DNA of 64,000 nucleotides from an uncultured Clostridia bacterium. GTDB lineage: Bacteria; Bacillota; Clostridia; Lachnospirales; Lachnospiraceae. Below, one piece after another: positions 46,223-56,244 of the stretch. The DNA lies in the NCBI GenBank assembly GCA_946626755.1, contig CAMOUW010000002.1:3617-67616 (forward strand), given 5' to 3'. Position numbers and translations under genes: made by a program. Under the pieces are notes generated by a model. It saw nothing but the letters and a program-made list of their open reading frames with translations, was not told the DNA's origin and ran no database searches. Each line of letters begins with the position of its first letter. The first letter of the stretch is position 1.

Positions 46223-47213
46223 ATGCCCAGAACAAGTAATCAGAAACTCAAGCTTTTATATCTTGCAGACATTTTACTGTCTGAAACAGATGAAGATCAT
46301 CCGCTGACCCTTAGGGAGATCATATCAAAACTTAAAGGTTTCGATATATCGGCGGACAGAAAGACACTTTATCAGGATTTTGAAGTGCTCAGAGAATACG
46401 GATATGACATCATCTCTGAAAAAAGAGGGAGAAGCTGCTGTTATTTTCTCGGAGAACGAAGCTTTGAACTGCCGGAGCTGGAGCTCCTGGTGGATTCAGT
46501 CCAGTCGGGCAAAATTCATTACCGACAAAAAATCCGGCGCTCTCATAAAAAAGCTGGAGTCACTGACCAGCAGACATTTGGCAAAGCAGCTGAACCGTCA
46601 GGTGGTGATATCCGGCAGGGTAAAGACCATGAACGAAAGCATTTATTACAATGTAGACAGACTGCATGAAGCCATAAACTGCGACAGGCAGATCACCTTT
46701 AATTACTTTCAGTGGAATATAAAAAAAGAGCAGGAACTTCGCCACGACGGAAAGCTTTATAAGGTCAGTCCCTGGGGTCTCATGTGGGATGACGAAAACT
46801 ATTATCTTGTGGCGTATGATGCAGAGGAAGAGATAATAAAGCATTTCCGGGTGGATAAAATGCTAAGGATAGCCATTTCGGAGGATAAGCGCAAAGGAAA
46901 GTCGTGTTTTAAGGATTTCGATCTGCCAAGATATACTAAAAGTATTTTCGGCATGTTCGGAGGGACTCCGGAGAGAGTAACATTTGAAGCGGCAGATCAC
47001 ATGGCCGGAGTTATGATAGACAGGTTTGGCAAGGATCTTACCATCATCCCGTTGGGTAAAGATCACTTTAAAGCCTCGGTAAATGTGCTTGTCAGTCCCC
47101 AGTTTCTTGCGTGGATGATATCTCTGGGACGTGATGTGCGCATCACCGCGCCGGCAAATGTGGTGGACATGATGCGGGATGAGATAAAAAGACTGAATGA
47201 GATGTATATGTAG
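46223..47213 (+). pseudogene. HTH + WYL-domain transcriptional regulator interrupted by a frameshift (or sequencing error) at the GGG run 46507-46509
   Basis: The N-terminal wHTH ORF (46223-) and the WYL/WCX ORF (-47213) overlap in different frames. Removing one G would join VDSVQS to AKFITDKKSGALIKKLE. Confidence 0.65.
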
Positions 47214-47306
47214 ATTACAGCGGGAAGATTATTTATTGAATAACAGCCGTGACCGTTATATGATCGTTAAATGTAAAGTACAGTTTTTCAATAAGTTTGT
47301 GCTTAC

Positions 47307-47408
47307 AACACCCGAAAGGGTATAATTATAATGCGGTACCCACACTTATACCTTAAAGGGTATAAATGTGTTTTTTTTTATTGAAATTATACCCTAAAGG
47401 GATTATAA
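47307..47408. promoter_or_regulatory. Three palindromic operator-like sites upstream of the hipB-like gene
   Basis: cacccgaaagggtataa, ttataccttaaagggtataa (47346-47365) and ttataccctaaagggattataa (47387-47408). The shared dyad is TATACC-N5-GGGTATA. Confidence 0.55.
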
Positions 47409-47415
47409 TCTGATT

Positions 47416-47631
47416 ATGAATAGTATAAGTGAGTTTGTAAAAAAAGAAAGAAAAAAAGCGGGTCTTACTCAGGAAGAGTTTGCTCTCAGATCCGGGCTCG
47501 GGTTGAGGTTTGTAAGAGAATTGGAGCAGGGCAAGGAAACTGTAAGACTGGACAAAGTTAATCAGGCTTTGAGGATGTTTGGCAAATGCGCCGTGCCCGG
47601 AAATGAAGATGATGAGGAGGATAAGACATGA
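47416..47631 (+). CDS. hipB: XRE-family HTH protein (HipB-like)
   Basis: HTH_3 motif KKAGLTQEEFALRSGLGLRFVRELEQGK. An ATGA overlap couples it to the next gene. Confidence 0.8.
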   Translation: MNSISEFVKKERKKAGLTQEEFALRSGLGLRFVRELEQGKETVRLDKVNQALRMFGKCAVPGNEDDEEDKT

Positions 47632-47966
47632 GGGGCGTATTCAGAAAAGCCGCGGTTTATGTACAGGATATAAAAGCCGGAACTTTAGAAGAGACGGATG
47701 AAGGGTATATTTACACATATGACACGGATTATATTTGCGGGGATAATCCTGTAGCTGTCAGTCTTACCTTGCCGATACGTGAAGAAAGCTACAGATCACC
47801 AAGTCTTTTCCCTTTTTTTGACGGACTGATCCCTGAAGGATGGCTTCTCAATGTTATAGTTCACAACTGGAAGACTGATATAAATGACAGATTTGGCCTT
47901 CTTCTCATTTCATGCAGGGATTGTATAGGCGATGTAAGCATAATTCCGGAGGGGGTTGCAAAATGA
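47628..47966 (+). CDS. HipA N-terminal-subdomain protein (HipS-like)
   Basis: Couple_hipA pattern: AAVYVQDIKAGTLEE...YIYTYD...FFDGLIPEGWLL...FGLLLISCRDCIGDVS. Confidence 0.8.
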   Translation: MRGVFRKAAVYVQDIKAGTLEETDEGYIYTYDTDYICGDNPVAVSLTLPIREESYRSPSLFPFFDGLIPEGWLLNVIVHNWKTDINDRFGLLLISCRDCIGDVSIIPEGVAK

Positions 47967-48925
47967 GGTGTTTATGTTGCGGAAAAAAGCTGGGACAAAA
48001 TGCTTCGGAAAAAGAAGTCAGAGTTTCCTGGCATACTAAATGTATAATGAATTTTTTTGGCTCTGAGATTATGCCTGAAATACGCCTTGATACAAATGCG
48101 CTTGAGGATCATGCAAAAAGTGGAGTAGATGCAGGGGTTAGCGTTACAGGCGTGCAAAAAAAAATATCTCTTGGGCTTTCAAAGACCGGAAAAAACAGAC
48201 TTACCATGGTGTATTATCCGGCAGGTTACATTTTAAAGCCCCAAACACATGAATATCCTTACCTTCCGGAGTTTGAATATCTTGCTATGCGCATGGCGAA
48301 AATTGCAGGAATCAAAACGGTGCCCTTTGCCCTGATAAAGGAAAATGATGAACTTGCGTATATTACGACGCGTATAGACAGAAGCAGGCCGGGAGAAGAG
48401 ACAGTTAAGTTTGCCATGGAAGATTTTTGTCAACTTGCCGGAAAAATGACATTTTATAAATATAAGGGATCATATGAGTTGTGTGCCAGAATAGTAAAAA
48501 GTTTTTCATCACAAAAGGGTCTTGATCTGTCGGAAATATTTATAAGAGTAGTTTTTTCTTACATAGTGGGAAATTCGGATATGCATTTGAAAAACTTTTC
48601 CTTGATAGAAAGAGAACCGTCAGGCAGAGACTTTATGCTTTCGCCGGCCTACGACATTTTGCCTGTAAATGTGATCTTGCCGGATGATAAAGATGAAACA
48701 GCGCTTGCGCTGAATGGCAAAAAAAGGAATCTGAGGCGAAAGGATTTTACAGCATTTGCAGAAAGCTGTGATCTAAATAAAAAAACATCAGACAAAATCA
48801 TTGACAAGCTTTGTTCTTATCGTGATAAGTATATTGACGAATGCAATAATTCACTGCTTCCGGATGATCTTATCGAAAAGGAAACGAAGCTTATAGAAAA
48901 GAGGATAGGTAAGTTGTTGCTCTGA
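47963..48925 (+). CDS. HipA-family Ser/Thr kinase core without the N-subdomain (HipT-like toxin)
   Basis: Gly-rich loop SVTGVQKKISL, catalytic loop GNSDMHLKNFSL and SPAYDILP. N-terminal CCGK...H..C element. Couples to the preceding gene through an ATGA overlap. Confidence 0.8.
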   Translation: MRCLCCGKKLGQNASEKEVRVSWHTKCIMNFFGSEIMPEIRLDTNALEDHAKSGVDAGVSVTGVQKKISLGLSKTGKNRLTMVYYPAGYILKPQTHEYPYLPEFEYLAMRMAKIAGIKTVPFALIKENDELAYITTRIDRSRPGEETVKFAMEDFCQLAGKMTFYKYKGSYELCARIVKSFSSQKGLDLSEIFIRVVFSYIVGNSDMHLKNFSLIEREPSGRDFMLSPAYDILPVNVILPDDKDETALALNGKKRNLRRKDFTAFAESCDLNKKTSDKIIDKLCSYRDKYIDECNNSLLPDDLIEKETKLIEKRIGKLLL

Positions 48926-48971
48926 AAATATATGCGGTTCTTGTTTTATTACAGGTATAAAAGGTGTATTT

Positions 48972-49307
48972 ATGAAGTATTGTATGGTTATCGTGACATT
49001 TGCAGATGAGGCTGAGGCGGACAGGATCATTTCCGTATTACTCGAAGACAGGCTTATTGCCTGCGCGCAGCTTCAGGAGATAAAAAGCAGGTATATATGG
49101 AAAGGCGGGCAGATCCGGGACAGTGAGGTGCTGGCCTTTTTAAAGACAAGAGCCGGTCTGTATGAAGCAGTGGAGGCCCGCGTCCGGGAACTGCATTCCT
49201 ATGAGGTGCCGGAGATAATCTGCGTGCCTGTTGAAAAGGGTCTGCCGGAGTATCTGGCGTGGATAGATGAGAATACAGAGGATGGGAAAGACGGGAATCT
49301 CAAATGA
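48972..49307 (+). CDS. cutA: Divalent-cation tolerance protein CutA
   Basis: CutA1 pattern: VIVTFADEAEADRI...LIACAQL...YIWKG...SYEVPEII. Confidence 0.85.
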   Translation: MKYCMVIVTFADEAEADRIISVLLEDRLIACAQLQEIKSRYIWKGGQIRDSEVLAFLKTRAGLYEAVEARVRELHSYEVPEIICVPVEKGLPEYLAWIDENTEDGKDGNLK

Positions 49308-50407
49308 CAGCAGGAAGATACGTTTTTTGGATAATCATGGTGGCGGTCTGGCTGGTTGTTTTGTCAGTTGTGCAGATCCCCCTCAGAAGGAAAAGATCGC
49401 TGCCGCTAAGGATCATTATACTGGCGGTCAAGGTTATATTGGGGATCTTACTGGCCTTTGTGCTTGTGGCCTTATACATTGAACCGATCTTTAGGTTTGA
49501 GATCCCTTTGGCAGCGCTCTATGTGGCGCTTTTTGGTGAGAGTGCGGGGGATCTGCTGCACCTTATATTTGTCCGGTCAAAAAATAAGAACCGTAACAGA
49601 TTGCATATTTTGCTCGGGGTGATCTGTACGGCGGCATATATGATCTACGGCACGGTCAATATGCAGACGGTGACTGCTGAACATCTTACAGTAACCTCTG
49701 CAAAATTGGATAAACCCTATAAATTTGTTTTTGTTTCCGACCTGCATGTGGGATCGGCTCAAAGCATGAGCACAACGGAAAACACTATCCGCAGGATAAA
49801 TGAGGAAAATGCGGATTTTGTCGTACTTGGCGGTGATATCGTGGATATCCGGACAACCCGGGAGGAAATGGAAAAGACTTTTTCACTTATCGGTGAAATA
49901 GAGGCTCCGGTTTTTTATATTTACGGCAACCATGACCGTCAAAGAGATTATGATCATGTGGCAAAGAAAACATTTTCAGAGGAGGAACTTGAAAGCGCGA
50001 TCCTGTCAAACGGGATCCGGATACTTCGGGATGAATGGATATCTTTCTCGGAGGATCTGGTCATATTTGGAAGAGAAGACGCCTTTGCTCCTGAGCGGAA
50101 GAAGATAGATGAGATCGAAAAGCGGCCTGAGGATAAATTTGTATTGCTTGCAGATCACTCGCCTTATGAAAAGTCGGATATCATAGCTTCAAAAGCGGAT
50201 CTTCAGGTATCTGGACACACCCATGCGGGACAGCTGTTTCCGCTGCAGTGGGTATACAGACTTTTAGGCTATGAAGCCTATGGCTGGTTCCGTCATGGTG
50301 ATACACAGCTGTATGTCAGCAGCGGCGCTTCGGGGTGGAACTATCCCTTCCGCACAGAGGCAGGATGCCACTATGATGTGATAAGCATTTTGCCTGATAA
50401 TATATAA
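49304..50407 (+). CDS. Membrane-anchored metallophosphoesterase (paralogue of 568-1701)
   Basis: TM helices followed by VSDLHVGS, GGDIVD, GNHD and GHTHAGQLFP. Confidence 0.85.
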   Translation: MTAGRYVFWIIMVAVWLVVLSVVQIPLRRKRSLPLRIIILAVKVILGILLAFVLVALYIEPIFRFEIPLAALYVALFGESAGDLLHLIFVRSKNKNRNRLHILLGVICTAAYMIYGTVNMQTVTAEHLTVTSAKLDKPYKFVFVSDLHVGSAQSMSTTENTIRRINEENADFVVLGGDIVDIRTTREEMEKTFSLIGEIEAPVFYIYGNHDRQRDYDHVAKKTFSEEELESAILSNGIRILRDEWISFSEDLVIFGREDAFAPERKKIDEIEKRPEDKFVLLADHSPYEKSDIIASKADLQVSGHTHAGQLFPLQWVYRLLGYEAYGWFRHGDTQLYVSSGASGWNYPFRTEAGCHYDVISILPDNI

Positions 50408-50491
50408 AGATGCAAAAAACAATGAGGATAATAAAAAGGATAAACTACTACAGCAACGTATAGGAAACATAGCCCTGACATTGGAGATGAA

Positions 50492-51178
50492 ATGAGCATA
50501 AACGAAGAGATAAGAAAAACTCTTTTCCAAATGAAAGACGAAAAATATAAAGCCTTTCAAAGCAAACTGATCCCTACCGTTGATCCGGAGTTTTTTATAG
50601 GCGTGCGAACGCCCGAACTTAGGAAATATGCAAAAACACTGGGAAAATGTGAGGATATCGGAATTTTCTTAAAAGCGCTGCCTCATTTATATTTTGACGA
50701 AAACCAGCTTCATGCCTTCATTATTTCAAATATAAAGGACTTTGATGAGTGCCTTGAGTCAGTGCAAAGCTTTCTGCCTTTTGTAGACAACTGGGCAACC
50801 TGTGACCAGATGACGCCGCAGGTTTTTAAAAAGAACAGGCGAAAGCTTCTTGACCCGGTCCCGGTATGGCTTGCATCAGGCCGGACGTATACAGTCAGAT
50901 TCGGTATAAAAATGCTGATGGAGCATTTTCTCGATGAGGAGTTTGATCTTATTTATCCGGATATGGTGGCAAAAATACGATCGGATGAATATTACATACA
51001 GATGATGGCGGCATGGTATTTTGCCACAGCCCTTGCAAAGCAGTATGACAGTATAGTGCCGTATCTGGAGGATAAGAAACTTGACCTGACGGTGCATGGA
51101 AAAACCATTCAAAAGGCGGTGGAAAGTTACCGTATTACTCCGGAGAAAAAAGAATACCTGAAGAGTCTGAAGATATAA
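50492..51178 (+). CDS. DNA alkylation repair protein (AlkD/HEAT-like repeat family)
   Basis: YKAFQSKLIPT...IGVRTPELRKYAK...NWATCD are typical of the family. Confidence 0.8.
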   Translation: MSINEEIRKTLFQMKDEKYKAFQSKLIPTVDPEFFIGVRTPELRKYAKTLGKCEDIGIFLKALPHLYFDENQLHAFIISNIKDFDECLESVQSFLPFVDNWATCDQMTPQVFKKNRRKLLDPVPVWLASGRTYTVRFGIKMLMEHFLDEEFDLIYPDMVAKIRSDEYYIQMMAAWYFATALAKQYDSIVPYLEDKKLDLTVHGKTIQKAVESYRITPEKKEYLKSLKI

Positions 51179-51269
51179 TCTGAAGATAAAATCTTAAGAT
51201 ATGATCTGAAGATAAAATAAGAAAAAACGTAAAAAAGTTTATTGACAGATATAATTCTTTTGTGTATAG

Positions 51270-51395
51270 TTGACAAAGTTAGCCTTAGGCAACTATTATT
51301 TTTTGTACACCAGTTAGCATAAGACAACTGACTTGTTTTCCCGTCAACAGTATTTGGCGGGAAAAATAAAAACCCATAGTTAGCAATAACTAACT
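51270..51395 (+). promoter_or_regulatory. Promoter with three AGTTAG-N6-CTAACT dyads upstream of the MacB-type ABC operon
   Basis: TTGACA (51270-75), an 18-nt spacer and TATTAT (51294-99). The dyad agttagccttaggcaact (51277-94) fills the spacer. Further dyads are agttagcataagacaact (51312-29) and agttagcaataactaact (51378-95). The last sits inside a longer hairpin cccatagtta...taactatggg followed by tttt. Confidence 0.6.
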
Positions 51396-51466
51396 ATGGG
51401 TTTTCCGGTTGTTTCAAGAAATGTTGTCAGACAGGCTTCAAAAAAACAGCAGGAGGTATTTAAAAC

Positions 51467-52168
51467 GTGTACATAGAAGTTAAAGACCTGAAAAAAGCCT
51501 ACGGAACAGGCGAGAACCACACTCAGGTCCTAAAGGGTATCAGTACAGGTATAGAAAAAGGAAATATGTGTGTCATACAGGGGACCAGCGGATCGGGAAA
51601 GTCCACTTTTTTAAACTGTATCGGCGGTCTTGAGACAGCAGACTCGGGAATTATAAATGTTGACGGAGTGGAGATCACCGGTCTAAAAAAAGATAAGCTT
51701 TCCGAATACCGGAGGGAGAAGCTTGGTTTTATATTTCAGTTTTATAACCTTGTTCCCGATCTTACGGTTATGGAAAACATCCAGGTTTGTGAATACCTGT
51801 CAAAAGACAGGCTGGATGCGGAGGAGCTGCTTGATGTACTGGGGATGTCGGCTCATAAAAATAAGTTTCCGGCACAGCTTTCCGGTGGTCAGCAGCAAAG
51901 ATGCGCCATAGCGAGAGCCCTTGTGAAAAACCCCGAAATACTTTTGTGCGATGAGCCCACAGGCGCGCTGGATTCCAAGACATCAAAAGAAATACTGGTC
52001 TTACTGGAAAAGATAAATAAAAAATACAATACAACCATCCTTCTGGTAACTCACAACAATGCCATAAAAGATATGGTTCACCGGGTGATAGTGATAAAAG
52101 ACGGATGTATCATAAAAGATTACAAGAATGACGCTCCGGTTCCGGCAGAGCAGCTTGAAGATGTATAA
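51467..52168 (+). CDS. ABC ATP-binding protein (MacB/LolD/FtsE-like)
   Basis: GTG start, Walker A GTSGSGKST, signature LSGGQQQR and Walker B LLCDEPTGALD. Confidence 0.9.
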   Translation: MYIEVKDLKKAYGTGENHTQVLKGISTGIEKGNMCVIQGTSGSGKSTFLNCIGGLETADSGIINVDGVEITGLKKDKLSEYRREKLGFIFQFYNLVPDLTVMENIQVCEYLSKDRLDAEELLDVLGMSAHKNKFPAQLSGGQQQRCAIARALVKNPEILLCDEPTGALDSKTSKEILVLLEKINKKYNTTILLVTHNNAIKDMVHRVIVIKDGCIIKDYKNDAPVPAEQLEDV

Positions 52169-52183
52169 GAGGCGGAGGTTGAG

Positions 52184-54469
52184 ATGGGTAGGGTTCTTGA
52201 TAAAAGAATATTAAGACAGTTAAGAAAGAATTTTCTGCGTTATCTGATACTTTTTGCTCTTGTGGCAGTCAGTATGTATATGATCATCAGCATGGTATCT
52301 GCAGCTGAAACCGTAATGCTTGGATCAGAAAAGGCAAATTCCGCTAATGCAGTGGAAGACGGAGAGTTTACCACTATCGTGCCGCTTACCGGAGAAGAGA
52401 AAAAAACTCTCGGGGACAAGGGCACGGAAATAGAAGAAAGCGCAAGCACAGATATTGCCCTTGATGACGGTTCAGTGCTGCGCGCCATGAAATTAAGGGA
52501 AAAGATAAACAAAATACAGACTGACGAAGGACGATATCCGCAGGCTGATAACGAGCTGGTGCTTGAAAAAAGATATGCTTATTTGCATTCCCTTAAAACA
52601 GGAGACAGGATCACTATATCCGGGAAGGAATATACCATCAGCGGAACGGGAAGTGTTCCTGACTATGATCAGCCCTATAAAAATATATTTGATATGGTGG
52701 CCGACAGCGAGCATTTCGGTCTGATATTTCTTACAGACAGCGGGTATGAGGGCCTGACCGGTCAGGATCCTGAAAGGGTTCAGGAATATACATATTTTTA
52801 CCGGCTGGGAGATGAAAGCGACAGGGAGTTAAGAGACAGGATAAAAGAGATAAGATTCACTCCGGAAGCTTTAGCGGCGCAGACCGGGAGCCCGGGTGAA
52901 GGCATAGGAAAGCTTGAACTGTTTACGGAAAGCGAAGATAACCCGAGGATAAACGCAGCAGTCAATGACATTAAGATGAATAAAACAGTGGGGCTGTTCG
53001 CAGGAGTAGTCATGCTTATATTGCTGGCATATGTGATCTCAGTATTTGTAGGGCATCAGATAAATGCTGATAGCGGTGTTATTGGGGCGCTTTACGCTCT
53101 TGGTGTGAAAAAAAACAATATGATCAGACATTATCTGAAGCTTCCGGTGATCATCACTCTGGCAGCGGGGATAGCAGGCACGGTTTTAGGCTTCAGTCCT
53201 GTAGGGATGGATGTGCAGATGCACAGCACCTATGATTATTACTCGCTGCCTGTATTTGATAAAACTTATCCCGTATATCTCATCATTTACGGAGTAGTTG
53301 TGCCGCCGCTGATAGCTATGGCAGTAAATTTTCTTGTTTTAAATAAAAAGATGTCCGGTACGGCCCTTTCTCTTATGAGAAATGCCCAAAAACAAAAGGA
53401 AGGCAGCCGTCTTAAGCTCTCTAAGATGAAATTTATAAACAAATTCCGTATCAGGCAGATGACAAGAGAATCAAAAACTGCATTAACGGTTGTTGCGGGC
53501 ATGTTTATAGCTTTACTGATACTGATGCTGGGAGTAAACTGTCTTGTTTTTTGCAGACATGTCGAAAAGGAAAATGTTGAAGACACAAGATATGAATACA
53601 TGTACACCCTTAAGAAGCCTTTGGATAATGTGCCTGAAGGCGCGCAGGAATGTTTTGTACGATCACTTTCAAAAACAGACAGGGGCTATACGCTGGGCGT
53701 GACGCTTTTGGGGATAAAGGACGATAATACATATTTTGACGCCCGCCCCGGCAAAGGAGTAAGCAATGCCGTGGTGGGTTCGGGATTTGCGACCAAATAC
53801 AACGTAAAAGAAGGGGACATATTTACACTGACAGATTCGGCGCAGGACAGAGAATATGCTTTCCGTGTACAGGGTGTGGCTGATTATTCCGTGGGTCTTA
53901 CCGTGTTTATGGACATAGAAAGCATGAGGGAATTATTCGGACAGGACACCGGTTTTTACAACGTTTTACTGTCTGATAAAAGTCTGGATATAGACAGCGG
54001 CAGTCTTTTTTCAACACAGACAAAAAAAGATGTTGAACGGGCTTCAAAGATATTCATAAGCAAAATGACAGGCTTCTTTACGATAATGATAGTTCTTTCC
54101 GTGTTCATATTCGGAGCAGTTATGTTTTTGATGTTCAATGTAATGGTGGACAGGGCTTCCTATGGAATATCCCTGATGAAGATATTCGGATACAGGAACA
54201 GAGAAGTCAGAAAAATGTATATGTATGGAAATCTGTATCTTGTGATCGCGAGTGCCATCATATGCGTTCCTCTGGCAAAGCTTCTTATGGACATGGCATA
54301 TCCGGAGATGGTGGCCAATGTGACCTCGGGAACATTTCTGAGTATGCCTGCAGTATGGTACGGAGTGATCATTGCAGGTGTTGCGGCAGTCTGCATGGTA
54401 ATAATCGGTGTTTTAAACGGAAAACTGAGAAAGATAACGCCGGCGGTGGTTTTGAAAAACAGAGAATAA
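52184..54469 (+). CDS. FtsX/MacB-type ABC permease (761 aa, two FtsX modules)
   Basis: Has large extracytoplasmic domains and duplicated 4-TM FtsX-like segments. Confidence 0.85.
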   Translation: MGRVLDKRILRQLRKNFLRYLILFALVAVSMYMIISMVSAAETVMLGSEKANSANAVEDGEFTTIVPLTGEEKKTLGDKGTEIEESASTDIALDDGSVLRAMKLREKINKIQTDEGRYPQADNELVLEKRYAYLHSLKTGDRITISGKEYTISGTGSVPDYDQPYKNIFDMVADSEHFGLIFLTDSGYEGLTGQDPERVQEYTYFYRLGDESDRELRDRIKEIRFTPEALAAQTGSPGEGIGKLELFTESEDNPRINAAVNDIKMNKTVGLFAGVVMLILLAYVISVFVGHQINADSGVIGALYALGVKKNNMIRHYLKLPVIITLAAGIAGTVLGFSPVGMDVQMHSTYDYYSLPVFDKTYPVYLIIYGVVVPPLIAMAVNFLVLNKKMSGTALSLMRNAQKQKEGSRLKLSKMKFINKFRIRQMTRESKTALTVVAGMFIALLILMLGVNCLVFCRHVEKENVEDTRYEYMYTLKKPLDNVPEGAQECFVRSLSKTDRGYTLGVTLLGIKDDNTYFDARPGKGVSNAVVGSGFATKYNVKEGDIFTLTDSAQDREYAFRVQGVADYSVGLTVFMDIESMRELFGQDTGFYNVLLSDKSLDIDSGSLFSTQTKKDVERASKIFISKMTGFFTIMIVLSVFIFGAVMFLMFNVMVDRASYGISLMKIFGYRNREVRKMYMYGNLYLVIASAIICVPLAKLLMDMAYPEMVANVTSGTFLSMPAVWYGVIIAGVAAVCMVIIGVLNGKLRKITPAVVLKNRE

Positions 54470-56244
54470 TGGATAAAAAACATATGAATAAAATAAAAAA
54501 AGAAAAAGAGCAGGGTCTTTTATCACGTATTTTTTACTATGCCGGAAGTTATAAAAGATCATACATTTTAAGCATAATTCTTGCCACGGCGGGAGTGGCA
54601 TGCGAGATCATCCCGTTCTTTCTGACAGGCAATATTATAAATATGCTTATAGGAGGCAACAGGTTATTTGCGGCATATCTGCCTTTGTGCATCTGGATCG
54701 GTATTTTTTGGACAGGGCGTGTGATTTTTCATACCTTTTCAACCGGGGTGTCGCATAAGGCCACGTTCAAAGTGCTTGGCAATATCAGGAAAGTCATGTG
54801 TGAGAGACTGGCCAAAGCGCCCCTTGGCACGGTCTTAAATATACCTTCAGGAGAGCTGAAAAGCACAATGATAGAAAGAGTGGATTCCATGGAAACCACT
54901 CTGGCGCATATCATACCGGAGATGACTTCAAATCTTCTGGCGCCTCTTGCCATGTTTGTGATAATGCTTTTTATAGACTGGAGAATGGCGCTGGTCTCTC
55001 TGATCACATTTCCCATAGGGCTGCTTTCATTTGCGACTATGCTAAAGGATTATGGATCAAGACAGGCAAATTATGTGGAAAAAACAAAGATACTGAATGA
55101 TACGGCCGTTGAGTATATAAACGGAATAGAGGTCATAAAAGCCTTTGGCAAGTCAGAAAGCTCATATGGCAAATTTGTAAACGCAGCAAAAGAAGCCGCA
55201 TCAAGCTGCATTGACTGGATGCGGGCAAGTCTCGGAGGGATGGCAGGAAGTCTGGCGATAGCGCCATGTACCATGCTTTCGGTCCTGCCCATAGGCGGTA
55301 TATTGTTTGCATTGGGAAGCCTGACATCTGAAAAGTTTATACTGATCATCATACTTTCCGTGGGTCTGGTTACTCCGATAATAACGGTTATGAGTTACCT
55401 GGATGATTTCGCCAAGGCAAAGATAATATTTGAAGAGGTGGACGGGATAGTAAATCTGGAAGAATTAAAAAGACCTTCCGAAAGCAAAGGATTACCCGGA
55501 AAAAATGATATAAGACTTGAAAATGTGCATTTTGGCTATGGCGGAAAAGAAGGCACGGAGATCCTCCATGGTATAGATCTGTCCATACCCGAAGGGAAGA
55601 TGACTGCGATCGTAGGTCCGTCAGGGAGCGGCAAATCTACCATAACGAAGCTTATAGCATCTCTTTGGGATGTGACCGGAGGGAGTATAAAGCTTGGAGG
55701 CACAGACATAAGAGACATAGCTCTTGATGACTATAATTCACGCATTGCGTATGTTTCCCAGGATAATTATCTTTTCGATATGTCTGTACGTGAAAATATA
55801 CGCATGGGACGACCGGGCGCGACTGATGCGCAGGTAGAGGAAATTGCCCGTAAGAGCGGCTGCCATGATTTTATAATGGGGCTGGAAAAAGGATATGAAA
55901 CGATAGCGGGCGGGGCAGGAGGACATTTGTCCGGGGGTGAGCGTCAGCGTATAACCATAGCAAGAGCAATGTTTAAAGATGCTCCCATAGTTATTCTTGA
56001 TGAGGCGACTGCTTATACCGATCCTGAAAACGAGGCCCTCATACAGTCTTCAGTTGCCGGGCTCGTAAAAGGAAAGACGCTTATAGTAATAGCTCACAGG
56101 CTTTCAACGATAGCTGACGCTGACAAGATCGTTGTGGTAAATAAAGGCAGGATTGACAGCACAGGCACCCACCGGGAGCTCCTTGCAATGGGAGGACTCT
56201 ACAGATCCATGTGGGATGCCCATATGTCATCAAAGGACGGATGA
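54469..56244 (+). CDS. ABC transporter ATP-binding/permease half-transporter (exporter fold), subunit 1
   Basis: 6-TM domain plus an NBD (GPSGSGKST, LSGGERQR, VILDEATAYTD). The ATG at 54469 overlaps the preceding stop. The longer ORF starting at 54262 is rejected. Confidence 0.88.
   Translation: MDKKHMNKIKKEKEQGLLSRIFYYAGSYKRSYILSIILATAGVACEIIPFFLTGNIINMLIGGNRLFAAYLPLCIWIGIFWTGRVIFHTFSTGVSHKATFKVLGNIRKVMCERLAKAPLGTVLNIPSGELKSTMIERVDSMETTLAHIIPEMTSNLLAPLAMFVIMLFIDWRMALVSLITFPIGLLSFATMLKDYGSRQANYVEKTKILNDTAVEYINGIEVIKAFGKSESSYGKFVNAAKEAASSCIDWMRASLGGMAGSLAIAPCTMLSVLPIGGILFALGSLTSEKFILIIILSVGLVTPIITVMSYLDDFAKAKIIFEEVDGIVNLEELKRPSESKGLPGKNDIRLENVHFGYGGKEGTEILHGIDLSIPEGKMTAIVGPSGSGKSTITKLIASLWDVTGGSIKLGGTDIRDIALDDYNSRIAYVSQDNYLFDMSVRENIRMGRPGATDAQVEEIARKSGCHDFIMGLEKGYETIAGGAGGHLSGGERQRITIARAMFKDAPIVILDEATAYTDPENEALIQSSVAGLVKGKTLIVIAHRLSTIADADKIVVVNKGRIDSTGTHRELLAMGGLYRSMWDAHMSSKDG

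Noticed and set aside
54262-54468. Upstream extension of the ABC half-transporter ORF
   Set aside because: The extension overlaps the end of the FtsX permease in another frame. The family N-terminus begins at MDKKHMNKIKK (ATG at 54469).
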